The notes: generated by a model from the letters alone, not told the origin. A stretch of 63,703 nucleotides of DNA, filler included, from Octopus bimaculoides (GCF_001194135.2; 7 parts of 6 records of this genome joined end to end with filler, not necessarily neighbours in it), one strand, 5' to 3'; shown: positions 25,376-38,924, numbered from the whole stretch's first letter. Numbers and translations: made by a program.

Positions 25376-25876
25376 TTTTGATTAAACATATTTATTCCTG
25401 GAACTTTTTGATACCACCACCTCGTATATTTATTGTTACACACATCATTGAAAGAACTAAAGCTATAAGTTCACTTATTTATCGAGCCCCATATAATTAT
25501 GCTTGTATGTCTGTGTGAATGTATCTTAGTGTTTATGTTACGAGTGCATGGACGCTTGATTAATAGGGAAGTGAAAATATGATATCAAAGAAGCACTTAA
25601 TGTAGGATTTGCGGTCCTTCATAATGTGTAATAATATTTAATTATCACTTAATTAATATGTGTTAACGGCAAAGGATGGTTGATCAGTGTTATCACAATA
25701 ATAAACATATTATGAATATTGCCTCACGCATGGTAGCTTCGTTAACAATGTCGCGTATTATCACGTGATTTTTGGTTCAGCCACACATCGCGGTACATTT
25801 CTTTAATATAGCTAAAAAAAAATCAATGATCTTTGACTCAAAATAGCAGTCGGACACCGCGCTTAAGCTTACCGTA

Positions 25877-25907
<31 letters not shown>

Positions 25908-27299
25908 ATATNNNNNNNNNNNNNNNNNNNNNNNNNNNNNNNNNNNNNNNNNNNNNNNNNNNNNNNNNNNNNNNNNNNNNNNNNNNNNNNNNNNNNNNNN
26001 NNNNNNNNNNNNNNNNNNNNNNNNNNNNNNNNNNNNNNNNNNNNNNNNNNNNNNNNNNNNNNNNNNNNNNNNNNNNNNNNNNNNNNNNNNNNNNNNNNNN
26101 NNNNNNNNNNNNNNNNNNNNNNNNNNNNNNNNNNNNNNNNNNNNNNNNNNNNNNNNNNNNNNNNNNNNNNNNNNNNNNNNNNNNNNNNNNNNNNNNNNNN
26201 NNNNNNNNNNNNNNNNNNNNNNNNNNNNNNNNNNNNNNNNNNNNNNNNNNNNNNNNNNNNNNNNNNNNNNNNNNNNNNNNNNNNNNNNNNNNNNNNNNNN
26301 NNNNNNNNNNNNNNNNNNNNNNNNNNNNNNNNNNNNNNNNNNNNNNNNNNNNNNNNNNNNNNNNNNNNNNNNNNNNNNNNNNNNNNNNNNNNNNNNNNNN
26401 NNNNNNNNNNNNNNNNNNNNNNNNNNNNNNNNNNNNNNNNNNNNNNNNNNNNNNNNNNNNNNNNNNNNNNNNNNNNNNNNNNNNNNNNNNNNNNNNNNNN
26501 NNNNNNNNNNNNNNNNNNNNNNNNNNNNNNNNNNNNNNNNNNNNNNNNNNNNNNNNNNNNNNNNNNNNNNAAATATTTAAATATCCAAAGTAGACGATGT
26601 GTATATCTTCCAATAATTTAAGAATTCAAAGTATAACACTCCGTTTTCAAATTCGAAACGTCAAAAAGTTATTTGTTCGCCAAGACACTTTGATGAAAAC
26701 CTTGAATTCCTTTGAAATCTCAGTTCTTACTTACAGTCGAGATTTCAGTATAAAAAATTGCGACTTGTTGAGTGAGGGGAATTAATAACGTGTTTATTTC
26801 GGTTACACGACATGGCCTTCCCCTAAATATTCCATTGTTGCTTCTATTTATCTTCCTGTCTTTTTAGCACAAAACGTAGATTGATAAAGAAACAGTATTT
26901 CTCCCAGGCGATTTCGAAATGAGCAATTACGTATTTGATACCTAATCTTGTACAAATTTGTTGTTAAACCCAATCAATATCTGATTCGTCGTAGACATTC
27001 TAACTCTACATCTATATATTTTATTGCTAACTAATTAGTTCCTATCAAAAGAGTAATAACGCCTATGAATGCCGTAATAATCAGCAATATTTCTATAATT
27101 ACAATTGATTGTATAATTATCATTCACTAATTTATCTATTTTCGAACAAAAGTTATTTGAGCACGATTGGATTTTGTACAGGAAGGTACTTTTACAGCTT
27201 TTCCTTTAAAGCGAATATACTACCAATGAACTTAGGAAAATTCTTGCTAACTAATGTGCTTAAGATAAGATTTAAGAAATAAACGAGGCCATTCGCGTC

Positions 27300-28960
27300 T
27301 TAGATACAAACTAATATGACTACCTCGACTTCGACTCATAAGTCTGTTTGTGATAACCTATAGGTTTGCCTAAGATTCATTATAAGCCAATGGCGCTTTG
27401 TATGGCGTTCACTAATCTTTATGAATTTACATGATTGTCGATAAAAGTGATAAACTCAATGAAATATTTCTGCCCAAAATATTAGTGATGTTAATAGGGT
27501 GGTTAAAATATTTATGCATATAATTTAGAACCTGATTTAAAGGATGAAATATTCCAATAGGTAGAATACAGTTCAATCCAAGCAATTCACATGGTATTTA
27601 TACTTCCAAAGGGATCCAGACTCTATGACCTTTGATAATGGGATTGTCCCTTAACTAATCCTAGTACACATCGTCTCGTTAGTTTGATTTCTTCTTCCAA
27701 GTACACAACAACCTTAAATTTATTATCCTCTTCCTAGTACACATCCTCTCCAAAACTTCACATAACCTTCCCAGTACACATCCAGTAATTCACTAATTTT
27801 AAACACTATAAACAGGCCGATTATCTCATCGACCTGAATGGTATAATTTTCCCCCTTACTCACATCAAATAGGCTTTTAGCAGATGTTTTTTCTAAATGG
27901 TAACAAAATGTATCACTAATTTTGGAGCACGAATAATCAGACTTCTAACGAAAATTCTTAATCTCTGCCATTGTTTGATCAAAATAAATAGATTTAAGTA
28001 GCAACAGTAACGTTATATGGAATTGGATTAAATTGGATTTATATCAATTAGTATTAAATAGCTTTAACAATAGTAACTGTAATACAATAGATGTATAATA
28101 ATTATTACTATCACCTTGTTTAAAAACTTATCGGAGATACTCTGAATCCAATAAATCACAACAAAGTAATTATTCTACTAAACTAAAGGAGCCTCTTCTC
28201 TAATCCCGACTTAATATCATATCTAATAGTATCGTAGTAAATCGGCCTACATCCGACGTGGTAGGCTAATCAGTCGAATAGATGGGTTATTAACAAAATC
28301 AGGCCAGTGATCCGTAAGTGTAAAATGATGTGTTTCAGAACGCAGTGATTCCCTGGGTTCCGGGATACGAAGTTTAGAAGTAGTACCGAATTGTAAATTG
28401 ATGATATCAATTACCCCATTCTGACCTGTCTTACGGTAAACCTTAATGCTTGCATTAAATAAAAGTCACTTGTCAGGCTTCCCTTTGGCCTTTTACTAAT
28501 TATTAACCAAGTTAGCATGGAAAATCTGATGTTGATTCGTATCTCGTTATTCAAAGCCTGTTCCATGAAATAACCTTTCTCTTTCAGGATATAATTCCGT
28601 GAATGAGTGCAAATAATTATCTCGCAAGCGACATCACACTCGCCCGTTTTGATTACATACTGTCCCCATCACGGCAACAAGTGCACTTATTTATTTGTAA
28701 TTGCCGCGAGATTTACATTGAGCGGGTTGAGCCGACTCCGACCAACAGGTCCACCACTTCTCTAACGAATGCTGACCACATCTAACGTCCCAGCAGCCAA
28801 AGTAGTATTTCTGCTTTCGGCCCTATAGATTGGGCATATGCTTCAATGGAGAGCAAGCACGCAAATGCGACGGGCTGTTCTTAGTTTTCGTCTACCAAAT
28901 CAAAAGGATTGAGACAGCCCAGAATTACAGTAGAATCATATGCGGGAGGTACCACGCCAT
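27300..28960 (+). mobile_element. Highly decayed Penelope-like element (RT and GIY-YIG)
   Basis: GLPKIH at about 27365; VHLFICNCREIYIERV at about 28680 resembles the GIY-YIG motif (VY.F.C.C...YIG); many stops and frameshifts. Confidence 0.5.
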
Positions 28961-29257
28961 GGCACTGATGCCGATATCAGGTGGTAAGGAATCAAATCGT
29001 GACGACGGCCGTGACAATGGAAGATATTGAATTTTACATTAACTGCGATAACCTATATTGTTTCTCGGAATTCTACAAGAATACATATGTGTGTGTGTGT
29101 GTTTGTGTTTATGTTCGTGTGTATGTCTCTGTCTGTGCGTATGTGTGTGCAGGTATATATATATGTATGATTGTATGCATGCATGCATGTATGCATGTAT
29201 GTATCTATGTATGTACGTATGTTTGTATATAGGCGTTTACATATACAGAAGTGTATG

Positions 29258-29316
<59 letters not shown>

Positions 29317-29486
29317 ATGTATATTTATAAGTATATATTATGTATATATATTTATATATATGTATACATATATATATATATGCATATACATTTGTTCCAG
29401 TGTATATCTGATGCAGTTTGCGCATGTGTATGTTTCTGCGGCTCTCTGCATATGTCTATATATCCATGCATATATACATATGGACA

Positions 29487-29532
<46 letters not shown>

Positions 29533-29576
29533 NNNNNNNNNNNNNNNNNNNNNNNNNNNNNNNNNNNNNNNNNNNN

Positions 29577-29588
29577 TTAATTAATTAA
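29577..29588. other. Artificial contig linker TTAATTAATTAA
   Basis: 44 N on each side. Confidence 0.95.
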
Positions 29589-29632
29589 NNNNNNNNNNNN
29601 NNNNNNNNNNNNNNNNNNNNNNNNNNNNNNNN

Positions 29633-29667
<35 letters not shown>

Positions 29668-30270
29668 CTCCACTCAAACATGTAGCCACATTCACATGGT
29701 CTGCAACAGGCTTCGTTATTTCGTTTATTAACTTTCAGTCCAACAGAATATCCTTTTATTCTTTTACTTGTTTCAGTCATTTTGACTGCGGCCATGCTGG
29801 AGCACCACCTTTAGTCAAACAAATTGATCTCAGGACTTATTCTATTAGTCTTTTTTGCCGAACCACTAAGTTACAGAGACGTAAACATACCGACATCGGT
29901 TGTCAACAAAAAGCGGGGGGTTTTGGGGTGTACAAAAAGAAGTCTTGCCCATGCTATTATATATGTCTACATTTTACTTGTCTACATACACGCTATTATA
30001 TATATATATGTATATATATACACCAAATATGCACAATATATATATATTTAATATCGAACCATGTAATTCACACCCTGGAAATTTTATTTCTGTAAAATGT
30101 TGGGAGTTGGTAAAATTTCCGAGGCTTCCACCTCACCCCACCCAGTTTTGGGGACGGCAAAAAGGGTTTTGTAGCACATTAGGATGTCACAGGAATTCAT
30201 TCAACGAAAAAAAAAAAAAAAAATTTCCAATGATTCCGAGACGGGGGATCTCCTCCCTTCGTCCTCCGCC

Positions 30271-30545
30271 TTTTCTGAACCAAAATATGGGAATTGCAGC
30301 ATATTAGGAGATCAGGGTACTTGATTCCACGCAAAAAATCCGAATTTTTTTTTTTCCTTAGTGAAAATTCCAGGGTGGAACCCCCTCTGCCCCCTTTCCA
30401 ATACAAAATATGGGATTTGCAGCATATTAGGAGGTCAGGGTACTTGATTCCACACAAAAAATCCAATTTTGGGGCGGAGGTGAAAATCGTGCGGGTGTTA
30501 ATCTGAAAAATTACCGAATCGGGTTAATCTGAAAAATTACCGAAA
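30271..30545. repeat. Modular direct repeats (two ~75-bp copies ~121 bp apart, plus a 22-bp duplication)
   Basis: CAAAATATGGGA(A/T)TTGCAGCATATTAGGAG(A/G)TCAGGGTACTTGATTCCAC twice; GTTAATCTGAAAAATTACCGAA twice. Confidence 0.75.
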
Positions 30546-32388
30546 GTCTTGTAACTTACCCGAGAATAGCAGGAAAGTTTCATGAGTTTTTCATGGACTT
30601 CTGGATAGTTCACAATTTCCTCCATTCTCTTTTGAAGGATAATAAATTATATTCTTTTAAACAACTTTCACTAACGAGGAATGTTCAAGTGACTTTACTT
30701 CAGTTTAAAACCAAACTGATTTCTAATATAATTTCCACTGTTCGTTTTCGCTTCGTCTTCATCAAGTATGACGTGTTAATTAAATCTGTTGAAGAGCTTA
30801 ATGAAAATTAAAACTAATTATAGTTTTCCAACAACTTGTCAAGGCATGCATAGATAAGATAAACTCCGAGTGACAGGGGTATATATGATTTGGATAATTT
30901 TAGAGACCAGATAGACGTGTTTTTAGATTGTATTTGTGGATTACATGTACAATTAATCTGTATTTCTCCAAGATATATAAAGTTATCAAATATATAATCA
31001 CTTTTTTCTTTAATTAATTTCTTGCATAATCCTAAATGCTCATTTTGGAAATGTCCAATGTCATTCTTAAATTAATAATTTACATGCTGTCATCAACAGA
31101 TGCTGTGTAATCTATCTTTCAGTGTGTCTAACGACGATGTTATACTTAAGCTAGCCATCTTCTGGCAAGCATTAAAAACATTTTCTGCCTCTGTTCCATC
31201 CTCAAACATCACCACATAAACCTAGCAACCGTTGATATAGTAATTATCACAACATTTATCATCCTTAAATTCAGCTTAAGGTAATCAACACAGAAATCAA
31301 TGATAGCATGAAACTACACGAACAAAACTGGCTAAGTTCGGATCTTATTGATTTCTAAAATCAACAAACTTTTCTTTGATGAATGCCTGTCACTTTCACG
31401 ATTGTCACACACACGTAGCCAGAAACTAACTGGAAATATCTTAACAAAACATTTCTGGTTGTAGCTGTTGGGAAATTTGTGTTGCAGCTCATTTTATTAT
31501 CCTGACAGCCTAACTTAACTCTTGTCGTCCAAACTTATTGCATTTAGGAAGTTGGTCAAACAACCCGGGGCGGTTTGCATAAATCAATTACCTCCTGTCA
31601 GATGGCTGGGGTGTATGGGCTTTTTATTTCCTGTTTCCTTTCTCTTCCCTTTTCCTGACTTCCAAGTTACTTGGTGAGCTGACTGGTGCATAAGCCATGA
31701 AAGATGCTCCCAGTACAAGCTGTGAAGTGGTTGGCATTAGTAGAAATAATGCCAAAGCTGACATTGCAGCTCAACACAGTCTTGTGGATTGCCAGATCCT
31801 AATGAGCTGTCCAACCCATACCAACATGGGAAAGCGGACTTTAAATGATGGGGATGATGATGATGATGATGATCTAGGATTACATTATCATATGCATGTC
31901 CTATTTTACAAGAAGATGGAGTCTGATTTGAGGGAAATTTGGCAGCTATTTCTTGCAAAGCAAGCAATATATATATGGAGCAATCATGGACAAACTGTGG
32001 CTTGCAGCACTTTCTGAATAGCATGCTGCTTAAAATCACAAAATGAGAATTATTAAAATTTAGATTGAATCTTTTTTTTGTTGTTGTTGTTGTTTTAGTA
32101 GTGAGGCCCTCCTGAAGAAAAGCCATGTCTCATGTGGTTCACTTCTTGCAAAAGGTTGCCTGGCTGTCAATGGTGTTGTTAGTTGAAAGTTGACCACTGA
32201 TGCTTGAGTTTGCTTTGCATGGCCCACCGGGAATTCACTCTTTATATGTGTCAAATGACAAACCTTAAAGAATTTGATAGTATGTGGTCAACTTAATATG
32301 ACAGTCCCATGAAAGGGAAGAATATTACTGTTATTTAGCCCTAGGAAACACCATTGACAGATATTTGTCCTCATCTTGTTTGTTGTAA

Positions 32389-32429
32389 ACACGTTTCGGC
32401 TGATATACCCTCCAGCCTTCATCAGGTGT
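32389..32429 (-). ncRNA. Type I hammerhead-like motif, cleavage triplet defective in this copy
   Basis: ACAC-CTGATGA-A-GGCTG-gagggtatat-CAGCC-GAAAC-GTGT: perfect core and 5-bp stem II; ACAC/GTGT stem I; no room for stem III and NUH. Confidence 0.6.
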
Positions 32430-32510
32430 CTTGGGGAAATTTTGAACCTGGGTTCTCATTCCTAAGGTATTTTTCGATGTTTATCATCATCATTATTATT
32501 ATTATTATTA

Positions 32511-32587
32511 TTCAGGTCACTGCCTGGAATCGAACTTGGAATCTTGAGGTTAGTAGCCCGTGCTCTTAACCACTACACCATATGCCC
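32511..32587 (-). promoter_or_regulatory. tRNA-like head with Pol III A and B boxes
   Basis: A box TGGTGTAGTGG (32570-32580), B box AGTTCGATTCC (32526-32536); loop CTACTAA; no convincing acceptor stem. Confidence 0.7.
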
Positions 32588-33976
32588 ATGGGCAATTATG
32601 GAGTGTATTTTTGAGCTTATAAATCTAATATTCTCCTATCCTTCCTTAATACCGGTTCCCATATGCTGCTCATATCTGCACTGTCTTCTTAGGAGGTTGT
32701 TGTGTCCTAGCATACGTGCTGCTTCTTTTAGCTTTCGTATTTTCCAGTGCTGTTCTCTGTCTATTACTTTAACTTCATCCCACAGAAAGAAAAAAATATG
32801 TAAATAATAAATGAGTGGAAATTCAGTCGGTGAGTGTGTTAGATAATAAGGCATTAAAGACAGTATTGCCTCTCTCCAGACACAACAAAATCCTTTTCAT
32901 TGAATTGGAAAAGTTACAAAAATACCTGACATTGTTGCTAATGTTGGAAGCAGGTTTACTTCATCATAACAATTTTCTTTCATCAGAAAAAATATTACAA
33001 CATCACTCCACTTGTTAACATATTTTCAGACATATTTGCAGAACTCACGCACGCACGCACGCNNNNNNNNNNNNNNNNNNNNNNNNNNNNNNNNNNNNNN
33101 NNNNNNNNNNNNNNNNNNNNNNNNNNNNNNNNNNNNNNNNNNNNNNNNNNNNNNNNNNNNNNNNNNNNNNNNNNNNNNNNNNNNNNNNNNNNNNNNNNNN
33201 NNNNNNNNNNNNNNNNNNNNNNNNNNNNNNNNNNNNNNNNNNNNNNNNNNNNNNNNNNNNNNNNNNNNNNNNNNNNNNNNNNNNNNNNNNNNNNNNNNNN
33301 NNNNNNNNNNNNNNNNNNNNNNNNNNNNNNNNNNNNNNNNNNNNNNNNNNNNNNNNNNNNNNNNNNNNNNNNNNNNNNNNNNNNNNNNNNNNNNNNNNNN
33401 NNNNNNNNNNNNNNNNNNNNNNNNNNNNNNNNNNNNNNNNNNNNNNNNNNNNNNNNNNNNNNNNNNNNNNNNNNNNNNNNNNNNNNNNNNNNNNNNNNNN
33501 NNNNNNNNNNNNNNNNNNNNNNNNNNNNNNNNNNNNNNNNNNNNNNNNNNNNNNNNNNNNNNNNNNNNNNNNNNNNNNNNNNNNNNNNNNNNNNNNNNNN
33601 NNNNNNNNNNNNNNNNNNNNNNNNNNNNNNNNNNNNNNNNNNNNNNNNNNNNNNNNNNNNNNNNNNNNNNNNNNNNNNNNNNNNNNNNNNNNNNNNNNNN
33701 NNNNNNNNNNNNNNNNNNNNNNNNNNNNNNNNNNNNNNNNNNNNNNNNNNNNNNNNNNNNNNNNNNNNNNNNNNNNNNNNNNNNNNNNNNNNNNNNNNNN
33801 NNNNNNNNNNNNNNNNNNNNNNNNNNNNNNNNNNNNNNNNNNNNNNNNNNNNNNNNNNNNNNNNNNNNNNNNNNNNNNNNNNNNNNNNNNNNNNNNNNNN
33901 NNNNNNNNNNNNNNNNNNNNNNNNNNNNNNNNNNNNNNNNNNNNNNNNNNNNNNNNNNNNNNNNNNNNNNNNNNNN

Positions 33977-34023
<47 letters not shown>

Positions 34024-35201
34024 CATATATATTAACGTTAGTCTCTCGATCTATGAAAGATGGTGGTTCTGAAATTACTTGCTGAACACTTTGCACAAAT
34101 GACTTGTTTATGGTAATCAAATGGTGGCATCACTATCACTAACCTAGGAACCTGCCAAGGGCTATGGCACTTTACCATTCTCCAGATTTAGCCAGCACAA
34201 ATAGCACCTGAATGCAGTTTCTTTCTACCAAATTTTATTCTTTGGATTTGAATCAAAATGATTCTGATATAGAAAAATCTTTGCCCAAGGTATCAAGCAA
34301 CAGGATTGAAGCCAAAGCCTCATGGTCACAAATGGAACCTCTTACCCACACCACTACACCAGTGACAACATCACTGATGCTTGTGATGAAATAAAAAAAA
34401 TCTTTCATCAGCCTTGGTAGACAGATTCAAGCCTGGTAATTACAGTATCATACGTCAGTAAATACGTCAGCAGAGTTCTTAGGAAAATGAATTCGACTCA
34501 AGACTCATCAAACCGACCGACTGTAATTATATTCAATACAAGATATGTCGGTCTATCGAATCATCGGATTGTCAATGTGTGTGTTTATCAATAGTTGTTG
34601 ACACAAAGTAATGAAAGTCTAATCAACATTCGTGTTCACACTTGCATCAAATCAATAGAAAGATGTTAGATGATTCCACAGCATACATCTTGTAGTAGGT
34701 ATCTGTTGAATTTACGATAGTAAAGAAAATAAGCTTTGCATTATTAATACTGATGATTTCTGGAAGGCAGTAAGCAGGCTTTTGTTGGGAAGCCAAGCAA
34801 GATGCTTACAGGCATTTTGTTTGTTTTTACGTTCTGAGTTCAAATTCCACCAAGATAGACTTTGCCTTTTATCCTTAGGTAGAAATGTGAAGGGATGAAT
34901 ATAAGAAATGTCAGGAATGTAAAAATTTATAAAATTTGTAAAGAATAGAAAATATAAAGGATAAAGAAATACTAAAATAAAGGTGGTGGGGGGACTATAG
35001 TGGTAAGCGATTTGACTTCCTTAGTCTTTAAATAATAAGGTCGATGGGGGGGGTGGTCAAATCAATCTGGGATGGGTGGGATTGTCCAGTTCTTCAAAAT
35101 ATATTTTTGCATGTCTGCAACCACTGAAAAATTCAGACCTTGAGTTCAATATTGTTTTGGGGATTTTTGATCTGAACAGTATTTGTGTCTTTTTTTCTAT
35201 T

Positions 35202-35233
<32 letters not shown>

Positions 35234-35649
35234 GTTATTGTTATTATTATTATTTCTTTTTTATTATGGGTTGTAGTGGCTTCTGACTCATACAATTGCC
35301 TTAGCCATGAACCGTTGTTCAAGTGGACAGGATCCTGGATTGTAACAGTTGCAGCCGATTTCAGGCTCTTTATGTTGGCCATGTGTAATGAAGCTCCTTA
35401 TGTTGGGGCAGCAGCTATATGATAATTTCACTATATCTGTGGTTTACAGGAAAATGTTTGTCTAGGAGAGTCAAAAATCTCCTACCAATGTTCGTTTTTA
35501 CATTGAGTGAAAAGGGAGGGGTGAACCAAATTGTTTTCCTTTTTCTATTTTAAAAAATTTTTTGGATGCATTTAGATTAATGTTAGTATGTTTATGTACT
35601 ACATTATCGTTGGTACTGCTATATGTATCCTTAATATCATGATTAGTGT

Positions 35650-36680
35650 CAGAGGGATTATATGTTAACTTATCTTTAAACCCGCTATCGGTTAGGCCCT
35701 TATTATAGTAGGGAGCTGCCCTCTCGAAAATTTCTTTACAAGAAGAGAAGTTAGAAACTCTTCTACTAATGTTGGCTACCGGGTTTTTTAATATTGTGGG
35801 AGGGTGACAAGACTGCCTATTTATATATTTATATATTTAAGCTTCTTGTTCTGTTTATAGGAGGAAGTGTTAGAGATAGGACCACATTTAAAGAGTCTAC
35901 TGCAGAGAGGTTAGTCGCTACAGATATAGATAATCCTAACTGGTTAAAGGTAGAGATAAATTTTCTAAATCTATCTAGGATGTGCTCATCACGTGCGTGG
36001 GAGATAATTAAACCATCATCACTGTATAGGCCAATGCCATGTGTTGGATACTTAGATTTTAATGTATTTAGTACAAGATCACAAAAATCAGCACTGTCTT
36101 ATGCACCCATAGACACATCAAATAGCTCATCACTGTTCCACTTTTTTACCCATGTTTATCCTTTGCTAAACAATATAGTCTTCCACACATGTTTGATAAG
36201 ATCTAGGTCTTTAGGGTCAAGATCGACATATAATTTGGCATATTTGATAGCTTTATCAAGCAGCAATCTAGATATGGAGGGGTAAAAATCTATAATATCA
36301 AACTGAGTGAATCTAGCCTTACTCTCATTTTTAAACTTGTTGGACCAGTCTATTATTATAAAACTGTTATTCCATGGGTGAAACCTGGTCATTTCCTAAT
36401 TCTATTATTAACATTTTTAAGTACTTTTTTTACTGCTAATCCAATTTCCAATTCAGCTGGGCTTAATAATCTATAGGTGGAGTTGCTATGAAAATTAGGT
36501 TTATGGTCTTTTAAAGTGATGAATGCTTCTCTCTTAGCTAAACAATCTAATCTATCATCATCGGTCTTGCTACATTTAGTGAGGAGTTTAGCTTCATTAT
36601 TGATATCATAGTATCTGTCTACATGGAGTGGCAGTTGAAAGTAATGAAAAGTTCTGAGTGTCTCAAACATTTGTCATTCA
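35650..36680 (-). mobile_element. Penelope-like reverse transcriptase fragment, inactivated
   Basis: AFITLKDHKPNF...RLLSPAELEIG; QFDIIDFYPSIS; FDVSMGA*DSADFCDLV; GIGLYSDDGLII (36008-36037); stops and frameshifts. Confidence 0.85.
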
Positions 36681-37602
36681 CATCCAGTGTCCATTTGTGC
36701 TTGTATTGAGGGCTAAACCGAAAACATTAAAGGAAGAATACAAAGCTGGCCAGATTCTCCTTCAGCTTCATAATTTCTTATTGCATCTCAGACTAATGAG
36801 ATTGGTGCAATAATTACAATGAAAATAAATCATTTAATTAGTAAATTTACATAAGGATTAACGAGTTAATTATTAGAGAATTCAGAATTTAAATTTAGAA
36901 ACTTGTGTCCTGTTATCAAGAATGGCAGCAACTCAGTTCCTAGCAATTATTGTTCAACTCTTTAGCATTTAAACTGGCCACGTCTGTTTTATGTTTTCCA
37001 ACCAGCAAGATCTAAGCTATGAGATAATCCTCGGTTAATTAAAAACAAAGTGAATAAATAAACTTTACATCTGAAAGAGTAATCTGAATGCTAAAAGATT
37101 AAATGCTTTTCCTTCCAGTATTTCAAAGTTGGTAAGAATAGTCTTAATGCCATCACCCATCTCTTCTCTGCTTCGACACAATCAGATCATTTGGAGACAA
37201 ACTCTCATATAGCACACGTCAATGGTTTCCACCGCTTGAGAACTTTACCATCAGATTACAGAAGCCTGACGAAGCAAGTCTGTTACTCACAGCTAATTAA
37301 TTAAATGATATACAAGTAAATAATAATCTCAATCAATGTGTGATTTACTTATTAGCGAGCACACCTTACTGAAAATAGCTACATTTATGTAATTAAATAT
37401 ATTTACCTCTAATTATATAAATATGTCTTCCAAAATATATGTAATTATTTCTCTAATTAAATACATTTGGTATGAGTTATTGATTTTAATCCATCACTGC
37501 CCAGGTGAATCTTTTTGTCCTGAATGATCAGATGTAACAAGAAACCCGGATCAGTAATGGAGGGAATCATAAGCTTCTTCTGAGCAAATAAAGAAATTAT
37601 GG

Positions 37603-37654
<52 letters not shown>

Positions 37655-37704
37655 TAGAGAGAGAGAGAGAGAGGAAGTGGGTCTGGGGTGGATGGAGGGG
37701 ATAT

Positions 37705-38107
37705 TCTTTTATTTGCCTCAGTCATTTGACTGCGGCCATGCTGGAGCACCACCGATAGTCGAGTAAATCAACCCCAGGACTTATTCTTTGTAAGCCTAGC
37801 ACTTATTCTATTGGTCACTTTTGCTGAACTGCTAAGTTATGAGGACATAAACACACCAACATCGGTTATTAAGCGATGTTAGGGGGACAAACACACACAT
37901 AAATATATACATATATATGTGTGTGTATATATATGTATGTATGTATATATGACGAGCTTTTTTTCAGTTTCCATTGACCAAATCCACTCACAAGGCTTTG
38001 GTTGGCCCGAGGCTATAATAGAAGACATTTGCTCAAGGTGCCACACAATGGGACTGAACCCAGAACCATATGGTTGAGAAGCAAGCTTCTTACCATGCCT
38101 GTGCCTA
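37705..38107 (-). mobile_element. SINE family A, full length
   Basis: Reverse complement of the 24866-25375 element, with internal (TA/CA)n. Confidence 0.85.
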
Positions 38108-38329
38108 TGAGAAAGCAAGTGAGGTAAAATTGTAAGGGTCAGTGGGTCTGTAAAAGACAGAAGAGAGAGATGGACATTACATTCAACTTTGGATTAACCA
38201 TAGAGCAAAATAAGTGTGTGCTTGGGGCATCAAGGGAGGGGAGGGGGCACCATAGAAATGGTAAATGGTTTATGGCACAAAAGAAATCTCTTTGAAATGG
38301 CTAAAATAATTTTCAAAGTAGTTTATATG

Positions 38330-38880
38330 ATTGGAAATATAATTTTGAAGTGTTCATGGTACCAGAGAGGATCTGATCTTGCAATTAATGAATGCAACAA
38401 ATAACAGAGAACCAAAACAGATCTCTGCAGGGCACCGGATGTTATTGCACAAGGTGCAGAATGTTGTCCTAGTATTATGACTGTTTCTATCCAGCCAAGA
38501 ATGAAGAACTTGAACCAATTATGAAGATAAGCTCCCACACCCATTGCAGAGAGTTTTGCCGTAAGTCGTTTGTGTGGCACAAAATTAAAGACTTTGGTGA
38601 AGTTAAGATAGGAAACATCCAGCCATGAACCATTGTCTGTAATTTGGGTGATGTCTTCAAGAATTTCAATGAGTTGACCCCAACAGCTGGAATGAGGAAT
38701 AAATCCAATTTACCAAAGTTGTATAAAATTATGGAAGTTCAGAAATTTCCAGAGTAGCTTTTTGACACAGGATTCCATCAATTTCGTGCAACAGCTATTA
38801 AGATTGACTGGGCAGTAATCGACATATGTTGTGTGGTTACCACTTTTGACCCAGGGAATAATGCTCACAGATTTCCACTA
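38330..38880 (-). mobile_element. CR1/L2-group LINE RT fragment
   Basis: PHKRLTAKLSAMGVGAYLHNWFKFFILGWIETVIILGQHSAPCAITSGALQRSVL matches VPH.RL..KL...G....WI..FL..R.Q.V...VTSGVPQGSVLGP. Confidence 0.8.
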
Positions 38881-38924
38881 TTTTGGGATAACACAGTTAT
38901 TAAGGGAGAGTTAAGATTGTATCC

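Larger units (their letters stand above)
32354..32810 (-). mobile_element. Penelope-like 3' end: GIY-YIG C-terminus, tRNA-like head, (AAT)n and hammerhead-like motif
   Basis: LWDEVKVIDREQHWKIRKLKEAARML (about 32700-32785) is a PLE endonuclease tail; downstream tRNA-like 32511-32587 and CTGATGA...GAAAC at 32389-32429. Confidence 0.7.
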
